Positions 50,824 through 61,375 are shown, counted from the stretch's first letter. The stretch is DNA of 64,000 nucleotides from Halodesulfurarchaeum sp. (GCA_034520565.1 JAXHNL010000002.1:480001-544000); one strand, 5' to 3'. Numbers and translations: made by a program. The notes: generated by a model not told the origin, from the sequence alone.

Positions 50824-51690
50824 ATGAAGCGAACGATAAGATTTGCTCGGCTTTCATTTGAAAGAAAGTTAAGTCACTATGAAAGCGACGAAAACCCCAT
50901 AGAACGGCGAAAGAAGGCGTTATTAGATGTGATTGATTTTGATTTGGATGTCAACCGCCTTCTTCTTGAGACCGATCTAAAAATGATACGGGATAGAGGA
51001 GATTGGTATTTTGGTGATGTGGAAACAGAAGAGTCCGTAATTTCAGGATGGATAGGTAAAGAAAAAGAAGAGATAGAGAAGCACGTTGATGAAGATAAAA
51101 AAGGATTCAAAGAGACGGAAGAAAGCAAGGCAGATGTGGCATTTTTCGTAATTGACGTAGCCAATTCTGTAATGGCCTATGAGTTTAGATCAAATGTTGG
51201 AGAAAAAGCACCATACCGAATTCTGGAAGGTGTATTTAATGTCTACCACAAAGGTGAAGAAGAACTCTCTATCTCTCCAATAGTTGATAAAGAGGAAGTC
51301 CGATCAGAGCTTGATAGGATTTCTAGAGTAACTCAGGTGAAGTTCCAAGGTCTAAAGCCAACAAATCCAGATCGAACTGATTTATCAAAGCCAATGGATG
51401 AGTTTCTACAAGAAGGAGGCATTGACCGCTTATTTTTCAATGGCAAAAGTGATGATTCGACAAGAGGAATAAATTTGGAGGTGCCACTTTTGAATGGGGG
51501 TCTTAGCTTAGCCGAAGAAGGATATGGTAGTGCTACGATTAGTGGGAAGATGAAATCAGGAGAAGACATAGTCGTTACAACGGATGAAAAACAAATAGAG
51601 TCAGAAGTTGATGAGGCGAAAACCGACAGAATGTATAGAAAAAGACTAATAAATGAAATCGGAGAAACACTGGAGGATCTCGAAAATTGA
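50824..51690 (+). CDS. DUF4747-like hypothetical protein
   Basis: 288-aa ORF; FFVID..SVMAYE, LKPTNPD and AEEGYGSATISG resemble DUF4747 from memory (unverified). Confidence 0.6.
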   Translation: MKRTIRFARLSFERKLSHYESDENPIERRKKALLDVIDFDLDVNRLLLETDLKMIRDRGDWYFGDVETEESVISGWIGKEKEEIEKHVDEDKKGFKETEESKADVAFFVIDVANSVMAYEFRSNVGEKAPYRILEGVFNVYHKGEEELSISPIVDKEEVRSELDRISRVTQVKFQGLKPTNPDRTDLSKPMDEFLQEGGIDRLFFNGKSDDSTRGINLEVPLLNGGLSLAEEGYGSATISGKMKSGEDIVVTTDEKQIESEVDEAKTDRMYRKRLINEIGETLEDLEN

Positions 51691-52274
51691 TGGATAACTC
51701 TAATATGTTTTATCGGTTAAAGGAATTCGGATTTAGAAATATTATCTTGAGTTACGATACCCTTGGAGGGGGTATCTCGTTTTTTATAGTATACATATAT
51801 CTTGATGGGAGCGTGCCTCGGGAAATTGGATCAGACATACTGCCAACTATCGCGGTAGTATCGTCCACGTTGTTTGCCATCGTTCTTACTGGATTTACTA
51901 TAATCACATCTTTTACAGACCGTTACTTCCTTTATGCCTGGAAAGAAGTGGGCGACTTTGATGGAGTTGTTACCCTCTTTCAGTATAATCTCGCCTTGCC
52001 AATAATTGTTATTTTGGCATCTGTATCACTTATAATAAATTATAATGGGGTCGGGATGATGATCTTGATCTCTCTATTCGTATACATGATCTTGTCCTTA
52101 CTTAATTTAGTGGGATTTATTTCCAAGTACTCATTGCAAAGAGCAGAATTCGTTAAACAACAAATGGAGAAATCTGCTAAACAATCACCAAAAAACCAGG
52201 ATGATGATCCAACGTTGTCAACAAAACAGCTTAAAAAAGTCAAAAACTTATTAACTGAATACCCAGATGAATGA
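51690..52274 (+). CDS. Four-TM membrane protein, translationally coupled to the upstream gene
   Basis: TGATG overlap; four hydrophobic segments and a charged C-terminal tail. Confidence 0.75.
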   Translation: MDNSNMFYRLKEFGFRNIILSYDTLGGGISFFIVYIYLDGSVPREIGSDILPTIAVVSSTLFAIVLTGFTIITSFTDRYFLYAWKEVGDFDGVVTLFQYNLALPIIVILASVSLIINYNGVGMMILISLFVYMILSLLNLVGFISKYSLQRAEFVKQQMEKSAKQSPKNQDDDPTLSTKQLKKVKNLLTEYPDE

Positions 52275-52311
52275 TTATTTATATTGAAGATTTGGGATTG
52301 TGACTAAGAAT

Positions 52312-52510
52312 TTAGAGATTTGGAGATTGCCCCACAACCGGCAACCGCACCGTAAACACCGCCCCGCGAGGCGCCACGTCCACCTCGCCCCCGTACCGCT
52401 CGACCAGCGTCTCCACGATGTACAGCCCCAGCCCGGTCCCCTCGCTTTCGGGGTTGCGAACGCCCTCCTCGAAAATGGGCACCTTCTTGCCGTCGGGCAC
52501 GCCCGGCCGT
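52312..52510 (-). pseudogene. Histidine kinase HATPase_c C-terminal remnant
   Basis: PGVPDGKKVPIFEEG...GTGLGLYIVETLVERYGG..GAVFTVRLP with no upstream kinase domains. Confidence 0.75.
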
Positions 52511-52546
52511 CGAGAAGCACCACCAACACCCACCGACCGCCCCCAC

Positions 52547-54742
52547 TTACCGACCCGGGGGCGGCCCCCGAACCAGCACGACGTTCCCGGTCGCGTGCCT
52601 CGCGATCTGTTCCGTGAATCCCCCGTACTGAATCCCTGTCCCGTCGGTCCGGTGTGAAAGCCCGATAACGACCGTCTCGTACGCCTCAATGGCCTCCCCG
52701 ATGGCGGCCTCGATGTCCTCACTGACCAGAACCTCGGCGTCGTACGCCCCGGGGTCGAGTCCGGCCGAGTTCGCGATGTCCGCGAGCACCTCCCGCCCCG
52801 TTTCACGGGCGTCCGTCGCGGGAGCGGTACCCGGCGAGTGGGCGTACAGCAGGGTCGGAACGGTCCCGGCTGCAGTCGCAAATTCGACGGCCCGGCGGGC
52901 GACGACGGGGGCGTTCTCCCCGGGCGCGACCGGCGCGACGGGGGTGCCGACCGAGTCGGCGCTGAGCTTGACGAGGGAGACCGCACACGGGGCCCGCTCG
53001 ATCACCGGGTCGATCGTCTGCCCGAAGGTATCCTCCCCACCGCCGACTTCGCCGTCCCAGCCGAGCAGGACCTGGTCGGGATCCTCCTCGGCGATCAGGT
53101 CCAAAAGCGCGGTACTGACGTCGGGAGCGACGACTGCTCGAGTCCGGAGGCGAACGTCCTGCTCATCGGCGATGGCATGTGCACCCCGGAGGAGGTCCCG
53201 CTGGTGTTCGAGCCGCTCGGCCTCGATGTTCTGGTGGGACGTGTCCTGTGGACCCTCGAGGACGTTGATGGCGACGAGTTCCGGCACCCCGTGGTCCTCG
53301 TTGGCGTGGGCCGTCGCCGCGGCCAGCCTGAGCAACCCCTGCTGTGTCTCCGGGTTGGAAATGGGGACGACGACGCGGTAGGGTTCGCCGGGCGCGCTGG
53401 TCACCGCCTCCCGGAGGAGGCCGCTTCCGACGATACGAGTTCTCGCGTAGACGACATACCAGCCGACGCCGAGTGCGATGATGCCCGAGCCGATCAGGAC
53501 GATGACGGTCGCCATCTGGGAGATGACCACCACGGTGAGGACGAGCCCCAGCACCGGCACCAGCGGATAGAGGGGGCCCGGGAGTTCGAATGACGGGTCG
53601 TACTCGTCGGGATTCACCCGCCGGAACACCACGAGGGAGACGTGGACCAGCAAGTACGCCACGAGAAAGCTGAAACTCGCGGCCTCGGCGAGGAGGGCGA
53701 TGATCGACTCGACCTGGAGCCCGATCCCGATCAAGAGCGCCGTGACCCCGCCGGTGGCCAGGATAGCCCGGTGTGGCGTGTAGAACCGGTCGTGGCTCTC
53801 GTTGAACCACTCGCTCATGAGTCCGTCCCGGCCCATGGCATATATCACCCGCGAGGCGGCCAGGATCGAGGAGTTCGAACTCGAGATGGCGGCGATGACC
53901 GCGGCAAAAGAGATGCCGATCACCCCCACCGTCCCCATCGACACGGCCGCGACGTCGGAAACCGGGATCGGCGACTCCCCGAGCACGTCGATCGGGACGA
54001 CCCCCGTGCTCACGAGCATGACGAGCACGTAGAGCAGCGTCACCGAGACCACCGAGAGGATCATCGATAGCGGGATGATCCGGCTCGGGTTCTTGATCTC
54101 GCCGGCCACCGTGGCGATGATCTCGAAGCCGAGAAACGACACGAACACGATACCGGTGGTCGCGATGACGCCGGTCGCGCCCGTGGGAGCGAACGGCTCG
54201 AGGTTCGCCCCCTCGATGAAGAAGAGACCGACGGCGACGAAGACCAGCACGATCGCCGTCTCGGTTCCGATCATGACGTTCTGGAGCGCGCTCGATTCGT
54301 CGGTCCCGTAGTAGTTGACCGCGACGAGGAGTGCCAATCCGGACAGCCCGAGCGCGATGACGACCTGGCGACCGTCCAGGCCCGGAATCGGCCCGACGAT
54401 GTACTGGCCGAACCCGACCATGTAGAAGGCACTGGCAAACATCAGCCCGGTCCACATCCCCCACCCGACGATCGAGCCGAAGAGACCGCCGAGCGCCCGG
54501 TTGACGTAGTGATAGCTCCCGCCGGCGATCGGCATGCCGGTCGCGAGTTCCGAAAGTGAGAGGGCCGCGAGGAGCGCGACGAAACCGGCGATGGCATAGG
54601 AGACGGAACTCGCCGGGCCGGCACCTCGGGCCGCGATCCCGGGGAGGATGAAGATCCCGGCACCGATCATCGTCCCACCGCCGAGGGTCATGGCCTCCAG
54701 AAAGCCCAGGGTCCGTTCCAGTCCGCCTTCCTCGGCAGTCAT
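52547..54742 (-). CDS. APC-family amino acid permease with C-terminal USP domains
   Basis: GTMIGAGIFILPG, FLGFEIIATVAGEIKNP, ~12 TMs, then RVVVPISNPET USP-like region. Confidence 0.92.
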   Translation of the reverse strand: MTAEEGGLERTLGFLEAMTLGGGTMIGAGIFILPGIAARGAGPASSVSYAIAGFVALLAALSLSELATGMPIAGGSYHYVNRALGGLFGSIVGWGMWTGLMFASAFYMVGFGQYIVGPIPGLDGRQVVIALGLSGLALLVAVNYYGTDESSALQNVMIGTETAIVLVFVAVGLFFIEGANLEPFAPTGATGVIATTGIVFVSFLGFEIIATVAGEIKNPSRIIPLSMILSVVSVTLLYVLVMLVSTGVVPIDVLGESPIPVSDVAAVSMGTVGVIGISFAAVIAAISSSNSSILAASRVIYAMGRDGLMSEWFNESHDRFYTPHRAILATGGVTALLIGIGLQVESIIALLAEAASFSFLVAYLLVHVSLVVFRRVNPDEYDPSFELPGPLYPLVPVLGLVLTVVVISQMATVIVLIGSGIIALGVGWYVVYARTRIVGSGLLREAVTSAPGEPYRVVVPISNPETQQGLLRLAAATAHANEDHGVPELVAINVLEGPQDTSHQNIEAERLEHQRDLLRGAHAIADEQDVRLRTRAVVAPDVSTALLDLIAEEDPDQVLLGWDGEVGGGEDTFGQTIDPVIERAPCAVSLVKLSADSVGTPVAPVAPGENAPVVARRAVEFATAAGTVPTLLYAHSPGTAPATDARETGREVLADIANSAGLDPGAYDAEVLVSEDIEAAIGEAIEAYETVVIGLSHRTDGTGIQYGGFTEQIARHATGNVVLVRGPPPGR

Positions 54743-54782
54743 GAAAAGCCCGTCCGGCGACCGGACAGCGTGGTGGTCGGCG

Positions 54783-55490
54783 TCATTCGACGTCCCTCAC
54801 GACGAGCGCCGAAGCCGGGACGTCGTCGATGATTCGAGAGAGGACGTCGCCGATGATGCGCTCGCGAAGCGAGGGTTCCGTTTCCCCGAGGACGACGAGA
54901 TCGTACGCGTCCCCCATCACAACGATGTCCTGGTGGGGGTCGCCGGCATCGCCGACCTGCCAGTCGATTCGATCCGCATCGATGCCGTATTCGATCAATC
55001 GCTCGGCCGTGCCCCGAAGGAGGAATTCCGCCTCCTCGGCGTCCTGTGCCCCGTCGATCGAATGGAAGAAGGTCGCGGTCGCTCGGCTGCCCCGCAGGAG
55101 TTCAGCGAGGACGGAGACGATCCGTTCGATGTTCGCCTCCCCCCGGATCGGCACGAGAACCCGGTCGATGTGGTCCGTGTCCCCGACAGTCAGCACTGCA
55201 TCGCAGTCGTACTGGTCGGCGACCCGGTCGATGGTGGTCTCTCTGTCGTGGGTGAACACCAGCAACTCGGTGACGTCGGCTCGCCCCCCGGTGATCGCGT
55301 CGAGTCTGGCCTCCGCTTCGGCCTCGTACTCGTGTTTGATGAGAGCCGGTTCGGCCTGGTCCGGGACCGGGAAGTACCCGAGTAGCACCACCTCGAAGGG
55401 CTGGAGGAGGTCGATGACCGAAAGAGCCGGCGGCTCCGGCTCCGAGACGTCGACCGGGAGCAAAATCGTCAATTCGCCGATCGGGGGCAT
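54783..55490 (-). CDS. Universal stress protein
   Basis: RVLVPIRG, DLVVLGET..RERIIG. Confidence 0.85.
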   Translation of the reverse strand: MPPIGELTILLPVDVSEPEPPALSVIDLLQPFEVVLLGYFPVPDQAEPALIKHEYEAEAEARLDAITGGRADVTELLVFTHDRETTIDRVADQYDCDAVLTVGDTDHIDRVLVPIRGEANIERIVSVLAELLRGSRATATFFHSIDGAQDAEEAEFLLRGTAERLIEYGIDADRIDWQVGDAGDPHQDIVVMGDAYDLVVLGETEPSLRERIIGDVLSRIIDDVPASALVVRDVE

Positions 55491-55820
55491 CGTTTTCTAG
55501 CAGTTGTCGGGGGGATGTTGTGAATCCATCGCGTGTCGGAATCCTTCCCCCAAGATCGATGCGAGGACGGTATCGGTCACCTCACCACCGGCAATCGGAC
55601 CCTAAAGCATGCCGCGCCGCGATCACAAAAGACCCGACACGTCCTCAAAGTCGGCCGCACAGTAGGGACACCGATAGGTCGTCTCGAATGAATCGCGGGT
55701 GGCGACCGTCCGGATCTCGAGTTCGTGCATCGCGATGGCGCGATCGCACTCCGGGCAGTCGATGCTGGGCACGCACAACCGTATGGCTCCCAGAAACTTG
55801 AAGGATGGTACCGAGAGAGG

Positions 55821-56285
55821 TCAGCGGCGGTCGACGGCGAGGGACAGCGGCGTCGAATTCGCGATATTGTCGCTGACCGGGCACCGCTCTTCGACCGTTT
55901 CGAGCCAGGTTTCGAGCTGGTCGTCCTCGGCCTCCGTTTCGACTGCAAGCGAGACCGAAACCTGCTGATACCCGGCGCGCGGGTCCTCGCTTTGCCCCAT
56001 GAACTTCCGCGGGTCGAGGTCGCCCTCGATCTCCACGTCGATGTTCCGCATCTCGATGTCCATCTCGGCTGCGACGGTGTGCCCGACGACGTTCAGGCAC
56101 CCGGCGAGGGCCCCGAGGAGGTACTCGACCGGGTTCGGCCCGGCGTTCGTGCCACCGAGTTCGGTCGGTTCGTCGACGGAGAAGGTGAAATCCCGCGCCT
56201 CGACCACCGTGTGTGTCTCCGTTCGGCTCTCGGCGCTGATCGAAAACGAGACAGTCTCGTCCGCTTTCGATTTATGTCGTGCCAT
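55821..56285 (-). CDS. OsmC-family protein
   Basis: DEPTELGGTNAGPNPVEYLLGALAGC, ERCPVSD. Confidence 0.9.
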   Translation of the reverse strand: MARHKSKADETVSFSISAESRTETHTVVEARDFTFSVDEPTELGGTNAGPNPVEYLLGALAGCLNVVGHTVAAEMDIEMRNIDVEIEGDLDPRKFMGQSEDPRAGYQQVSVSLAVETEAEDDQLETWLETVEERCPVSDNIANSTPLSLAVDRR

Positions 56286-56421
56286 ATATCCAATTTTGTT
56301 CTGAATAACCGTATATCTACCCATTAGTTCGGGAGAAAGTGTGACATTAACACACGTTAATGCGGAACACTCTTGCACGGGGACCGTCATCGGTTTACCG
56401 GCCGACCCCGGAAGGTTGGAT

Positions 56422-57435
56422 ATGATCGACCTGCGGAGTGATACCGTCACCCGTCCAACCACGGAAATGCGCGAGGCAGCCGCCGGGGCCGAGGTCGGCG
56501 ACGACGTTCACGGCGACGACCCCACTGTCGCGGACCTCCAGGCCAGGGCTGCAGACGTCGTCGGCACCGAAGCGGCGTTGTTCGTTCCCTCGGGAACGAT
56601 GGGCAACCAGATCGCTGCCCACGTCCACACGCAACCGGGCCAGGAAGTCATCACGGACCGCGAAAGCCACGTCGTGCGCTACGAGCGGGCCGGGTTCGCC
56701 CAGCACTCGGGCCTCCAGATCCGCACCATCGACGCCGACCGGGGCCTCCCAACCCCCGAGCAGGTCCGGGAGGCGTTTCTCGAAGGCAACTTGCACCGAC
56801 CCCCGACGGGGTTGCTCTCGCTCGAAAACACGCACAACGCCCGGGGTGGACTGGCGCTCGATCCCGATCGGTTCGGGGAAACGGTAGCCGCGGCCCACGA
56901 CCTGGGCGTTCCGATCCATCTCGACGGCGCCCGGCTGTTCAACGCGGCGGTCGCCCACGACGTGAGCGTGACCGCCTACACCGAGCACGTCGATTCGGTC
57001 ATGTTCTGCCTCTCGAAGGGACTCGGGGCGCCGATCGGCTCGATCCTGGCCGGCCCGGCCGACTTCATCGAGGACGCCCTCGGGATCCGGAAACTGTTCG
57101 GCGGCGGAATGCGACAGGCAGGCATGGTGGCCGCACCGGGGTTGCTGGGCCTCGAGGACCGCTCACACCTCGAAATCGACCACGAGAACGCCCACCACCT
57201 CGCCGACGGCCTCGCCGAAATCGACGGCCTGGCGATCACCGAACCAGAGACCAACATCGTGCTGGCGGACACGTCTGGTCTGGGGGACTCGGCCGCAACG
57301 TTCCTCGAGACGATCGAAGCCGCAGGCGTCCAGGCCTCGGAGTTCGGTCCCACCACCACCCGCTTCGTCACCCATCGTGACGTCTCCCCGAGCGACATCG
57401 AAACCGCAATCGAGGCGGTGCAGGGTGCCGTCTAG
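56422..57435 (+). CDS. ltaE: Low-specificity L-threonine aldolase
   Basis: [39 protein letters not shown]. Confidence 0.93.
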   Translation: MIDLRSDTVTRPTTEMREAAAGAEVGDDVHGDDPTVADLQARAADVVGTEAALFVPSGTMGNQIAAHVHTQPGQEVITDRESHVVRYERAGFAQHSGLQIRTIDADRGLPTPEQVREAFLEGNLHRPPTGLLSLENTHNARGGLALDPDRFGETVAAAHDLGVPIHLDGARLFNAAVAHDVSVTAYTEHVDSVMFCLSKGLGAPIGSILAGPADFIEDALGIRKLFGGGMRQAGMVAAPGLLGLEDRSHLEIDHENAHHLADGLAEIDGLAITEPETNIVLADTSGLGDSAATFLETIEAAGVQASEFGPTTTRFVTHRDVSPSDIETAIEAVQGAV

Positions 57436-57566
57436 TCCCGGTCACGAGCCCGGTCCATCCCCTCTTTGAACCCGAGGAGCGTCCGGCGGATCATCAGATA
57501 GATGAAGAAGAAAAAGAGCAACAGCGCCGCGAGGATGAAGTAAAACACCGGGCCTGTCTCGACCAT
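57432..57566 (-). CDS. 44-aa single-TM small protein
   Basis: Hand-translated [44 protein letters not shown]. Confidence 0.65.
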   Translation of the reverse strand: MVETGPVFYFILAALLLFFFFIYLMIRRTLLGFKEGMDRARDRD

Positions 57567-57770
57567 ACCGTGAGGTCGGCCGGCGGGGACAAAGCCGTTT
57601 CGTCACCGAAACCGCCCGTTCGGTCCCGGTGCGTTCGGAGCTCCCGGGACTCAAATGCGCGTTTGAGCCTCCGGTGGGCCCTTTATGAACCCGCGTGTAG
57701 CACTGCTCGGGGCGGAACCCGCATTCCCCCCATTGGTCGGGTTCGGCCCTGCCCCCCACCGTGCTGTGTC

Positions 57771-58286
57771 TCAGTTTCGGCCCTCCAGCCGGAATCCCTG
57801 TTCCTTTGTTCCCGAAACGGTCCGAATGACACCCTCGATCCTGCCGTTTTGCACTTCGAACGTCGCGTAGGTCGGCTCCCCGCCCCGCGGATCGGCGTGG
57901 CTCCCGGGGTTGAGAAGCGCCGGGCCGTCCCCTGAAACGAAATGTGGCCGGTGGGTGTGTCCGGAGATGACCAGGTCGGCGTCCCGTTCGGCCCCGAAGT
58001 ACGAGAGACCGGTCCGTCCGCCAGCCTGTGTATGGGTGACCGCGACCGTGAACCCGTTCACGTCGAGCGTTCGGGCTTCGGGCAGTCGATCAATCACCGC
58101 CGTGTCGTCCCGGTTGCCGGCGACCGCGAAAAGGGTGTGGGCCATCTCGTGAAACCCGTCGAGGACGGCCTCGGTGGTGAAATCCCCGGCGTGGATCACC
58201 CGGTCGGCCCGGGAGACGGCCTCGGCGAGGTGGTCATCGAGTCCAGGGCGTTCTGTTCGATGGGTGTCCGAGACGACCACGATCAT
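57771..58286 (-). CDS. YfcE/Vps29-like metallophosphoesterase
   Basis: SDTH, HAGDF, GNRD, GHTH, NPGS. Confidence 0.9.
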   Translation of the reverse strand: MIVVVSDTHRTERPGLDDHLAEAVSRADRVIHAGDFTTEAVLDGFHEMAHTLFAVAGNRDDTAVIDRLPEARTLDVNGFTVAVTHTQAGGRTGLSYFGAERDADLVISGHTHRPHFVSGDGPALLNPGSHADPRGGEPTYATFEVQNGRIEGVIRTVSGTKEQGFRLEGRN

Positions 58287-58429
58287 GGTCGAGACTCGAG
58301 GTGGAGCCACCTCAGGCTTTGGACCCGGAACGATCGGTCAGGCTCGTCGCCGCGTCGGATGGGTGACCCGCCCGGGGCCACCGGCGCGGAGGAAGAGGTT
58401 TATGCCCGCGTGGGCAGTGACCCCCACAC

Positions 58430-60601
58430 GTGGCAGCCGAGTACGACCAGTTCTTTCCGAAACCCGCGCCCTACGAGCACCAGGGCGAGGCGATGGACGC
58501 CATCGCGGACGCCCTCGAGGTCGGCCGAGACGTCGCGTTCGAGGGGGCCCCGGGAACCGGAAAGACCCTCGCGGCGCTCGCGCCGGCGCTCGCCTACGCC
58601 CGCGAGCACGACAAGACCGTCGTCATCACGACGAACGTGCACCAGCAGATGCGCCAGTTCGTCGCGGAGGCCCGCGAGATCCACGCCGAGACCCCCATTC
58701 GGGCCGCGGTGTTCAAGGGGAAATCCTCGATGTGTCACATCGACGTCGGCTACGAGGAGTGCCAGGTGCTCCGGGACACGACCCGCGAGGTCGTCGAACT
58801 CGAGGAAGAACTCGCCGAGTTGCGGGACCGGGAACGCTGGCTGCTCGAGGAGGCCCAGAGCGGCTCGGAGGCGGCCGCCGAGAAGCGACAGGCGGTCCTC
58901 GACGAGATCGAGGCCGTCGAAGCGGAAATCGAGGACCGCTCGGACTCGCATACCTGCGAACACTACCGGGCGAACCTGACCCAACCGGGGGACAGCTTCG
59001 TCTCCTGGCTGTTCGACGGCGTCCGCACCCCCGATGAGGTCTACAGCTACGCCGAACGCCGCGGATCCTGTGGCTACGAGCGACTCAAGGAGGGCCTGAA
59101 CGGCGTCGAGCTGGTGGTGGCCAACTACCACCACCTGCTCGATCCCACCATTCGGGCCCAGTTCTTCCGGTGGCTCGACCGCGATCCGGAGAACGTCATC
59201 GCCGTCTTCGACGAGGCCCACAACGTCGAGGACGCCGCCAGGGACCACGCGACCCGCACGCTTACCGAGAACACCCTCGAGGAGGCCGAAAACGAGGCCG
59301 ACGACGTCGACGACTCGCGGGCCGAGGGAGCCCGCCGGATCTTCGAGCCGTTTCGCGACGGCCTGATCGAGACCTACGAGTCGAGTTTCGACTTCGGGGA
59401 CCGCGAGGCCGTCGGGCAGAACTGGCAGGACGTTCCGGTGGCAAACGAGACCGGCCGGGACGACCTCACCCGCGCGTTTCTCAACCAGTATCGCGGGCCA
59501 GGCATCGAATCGGACCTCGAGGACGCGGTCAAGCTGGGCGTCGTTCTGGACGAGGAGTACGAAACCGCCTACCGCGAGGGCGACGCCGAGACCCGCCGAG
59601 AGTCCCAGACCCTCCTCGCTGCGGATTTCATCGACCGCTACCTGGAGGAGGGCGACCGGACCGGTCGCTATCCCACGCTGGGCGTTCGACGGGACGACTC
59701 GACGGGCGAGGTGTATGGACGGGCCGAACTCTTCAACTGCATTCCACGGGAGGTCACCGAGACGCTCTTCGAGGAGGTTCACTCGACGGTCCTCATGAGC
59801 GCCACGCTGCGGCCCTTTGACGTCCTCGGTGAGGTGCTGGGGCTCCAGGACCCCGAGGAGCTGGCCTTCGGGCTCACCTTCCCCGAGGAAAACCGCCGGA
59901 CCTTCGCCGTCGACGTCCCGCCGCTTTTCGCCAGCCGGCGCGAGGACCCGGGCATCCAGGAGGTGGTTTCGGACACCCTCCGGGACGCGATCGAGTTCAC
60001 GCCGGGGAACACGCTCGTCTTCTTCCCGAGTTACTCGGAGGCCGAGCGGTACTACGACCGTCTCGACGGGGACGTCGACGCGACGACGTACCTCGACGAG
60101 CCGGGGGTCCCCGTCGAGGAGAAACGCCAGTCCTTCGTCTCGCGAACGGACGGGGCCATGTTCACCTCGCTCTGGGGTACCCTCGCGGAGGGGGTGAGCT
60201 TCGACGGCGACGACGCCCGCTCGGTCGCGGTCGTGGGCGTCCCGTACCCGCGCCTCGACGAGCGCTCGGAGGCGATCCAGGACGCCTACGACGAGGTGTT
60301 CGGCCACCGCGGGGAGAACGCCGGCTGGCGCTATGCCGTCGAGATCCCCACCGTCCGGAAGACCCGACAGGCGATCGGTCGGGTGATCCGCTCGCCCGAA
60401 GACATCGGCGTCCGGGCCCTGATCGACCGCCGCTACACCGCCGCCTCGCGCACCGGCATGAAAGACTACTCGGTCAACACGGACTTTCCACCGGAGGAGC
60501 GCCGGGAACTGGTCGACATTCAGCCCCAGAAGCTTCGGTACGCGATGCTGAACTTCTTCAAGGATCGGGCGGGCTACGACGGCAACCCCCCGGAACCCTG
60601 A
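58430..60601 (+). CDS. XPD/Rad3-family DNA helicase
   Basis: GAPGTGKT, Fe-S cysteines, DEAHN, MSATL, QAIGRVIR. Confidence 0.92.
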   Translation: MAAEYDQFFPKPAPYEHQGEAMDAIADALEVGRDVAFEGAPGTGKTLAALAPALAYAREHDKTVVITTNVHQQMRQFVAEAREIHAETPIRAAVFKGKSSMCHIDVGYEECQVLRDTTREVVELEEELAELRDRERWLLEEAQSGSEAAAEKRQAVLDEIEAVEAEIEDRSDSHTCEHYRANLTQPGDSFVSWLFDGVRTPDEVYSYAERRGSCGYERLKEGLNGVELVVANYHHLLDPTIRAQFFRWLDRDPENVIAVFDEAHNVEDAARDHATRTLTENTLEEAENEADDVDDSRAEGARRIFEPFRDGLIETYESSFDFGDREAVGQNWQDVPVANETGRDDLTRAFLNQYRGPGIESDLEDAVKLGVVLDEEYETAYREGDAETRRESQTLLAADFIDRYLEEGDRTGRYPTLGVRRDDSTGEVYGRAELFNCIPREVTETLFEEVHSTVLMSATLRPFDVLGEVLGLQDPEELAFGLTFPEENRRTFAVDVPPLFASRREDPGIQEVVSDTLRDAIEFTPGNTLVFFPSYSEAERYYDRLDGDVDATTYLDEPGVPVEEKRQSFVSRTDGAMFTSLWGTLAEGVSFDGDDARSVAVVGVPYPRLDERSEAIQDAYDEVFGHRGENAGWRYAVEIPTVRKTRQAIGRVIRSPEDIGVRALIDRRYTAASRTGMKDYSVNTDFPPEERRELVDIQPQKLRYAMLNFFKDRAGYDGNPPEP

Positions 60602-60630
60602 TCGGGGCCGACCAGTCGGGCACGCGTGAC

Positions 60631-61143
60631 TCAGGCCGGGAGCGGAATCGCTTCGATCCGTTCGTCGTACGCGCTGTCGTAGAACTCCAGGGTCTCGACG
60701 GAGAACGTGACCGGTTCGATTTCGCGAGCGAGAAGCCGGTCAGCAGCTGACGGTGGCCCACCGCGGGCCAGAGTCACGTGTGGGACATAATCCGGCCCCT
60801 CGAGGGCCTCCACCGCCCCGAAGACGTCGACGAGCCGGTCGTGAATCGTCCACAACCCCTGGCCCTCGACGGCGAGATAGCCGACCGGTGCCGGCCCCCG
60901 CGGAGGATTCTGGAACGCTGCAGTTCCCGTCACCCGGACCTCGAACGGGGCCGTCCCGGCCAGCGCCGCCCTGGCCCGTCGAGCCGCCTCGAGGTACTCG
61001 CGACGGTCCGTGGCGGGGAGGCGCTTGAGGACCAGCGTCCGGGTGCGGGCAGGGCGGATCCGGTCGAAACCGCTGAGCGCGGGCCGGAGCTGTCTCGCGA
61101 GCTCCCTGACTTCGACCGGAACCGGAACGTTCAGACTGTACAC
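60631..61143 (-). CDS. 2'-5' RNA ligase/2H phosphoesterase family protein
   Basis: YSLNVPVP, TLVLKRL, YVPHVTLARG. Confidence 0.8.
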   Translation of the reverse strand: MYSLNVPVPVEVRELARQLRPALSGFDRIRPARTRTLVLKRLPATDRREYLEAARRARAALAGTAPFEVRVTGTAAFQNPPRGPAPVGYLAVEGQGLWTIHDRLVDVFGAVEALEGPDYVPHVTLARGGPPSAADRLLAREIEPVTFSVETLEFYDSAYDERIEAIPLPA

Positions 61144-61183
61144 GGCGGTGTTAGTCGGTTCGGGAATAAAAGCGACCGGGGGG

Positions 61184-61375
61184 TTACAGGACGTCTTCGA
61201 GGAGTTTCAACGCCACAAGCACCAGAACGACGAGGACCAGGACGCCGACACCCATCCAGATCAGTCGACCGACGAATCGGATCACCGAGCCGAGCACGAC
61301 AAAGCCGATCACGAGGGCGACGACCGCGAGGAGGACTTTCAGGACCGTCCACGTGTCGATACCGTCTGCGTTCAT
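61184..61375 (-). CDS. Small two-TM membrane protein
   Basis: 63-aa hydrophobic ORF. Confidence 0.65.
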   Translation of the reverse strand: MNADGIDTWTVLKVLLAVVALVIGFVVLGSVIRFVGRLIWMGVGVLVLVVLVLVALKLLEDVL

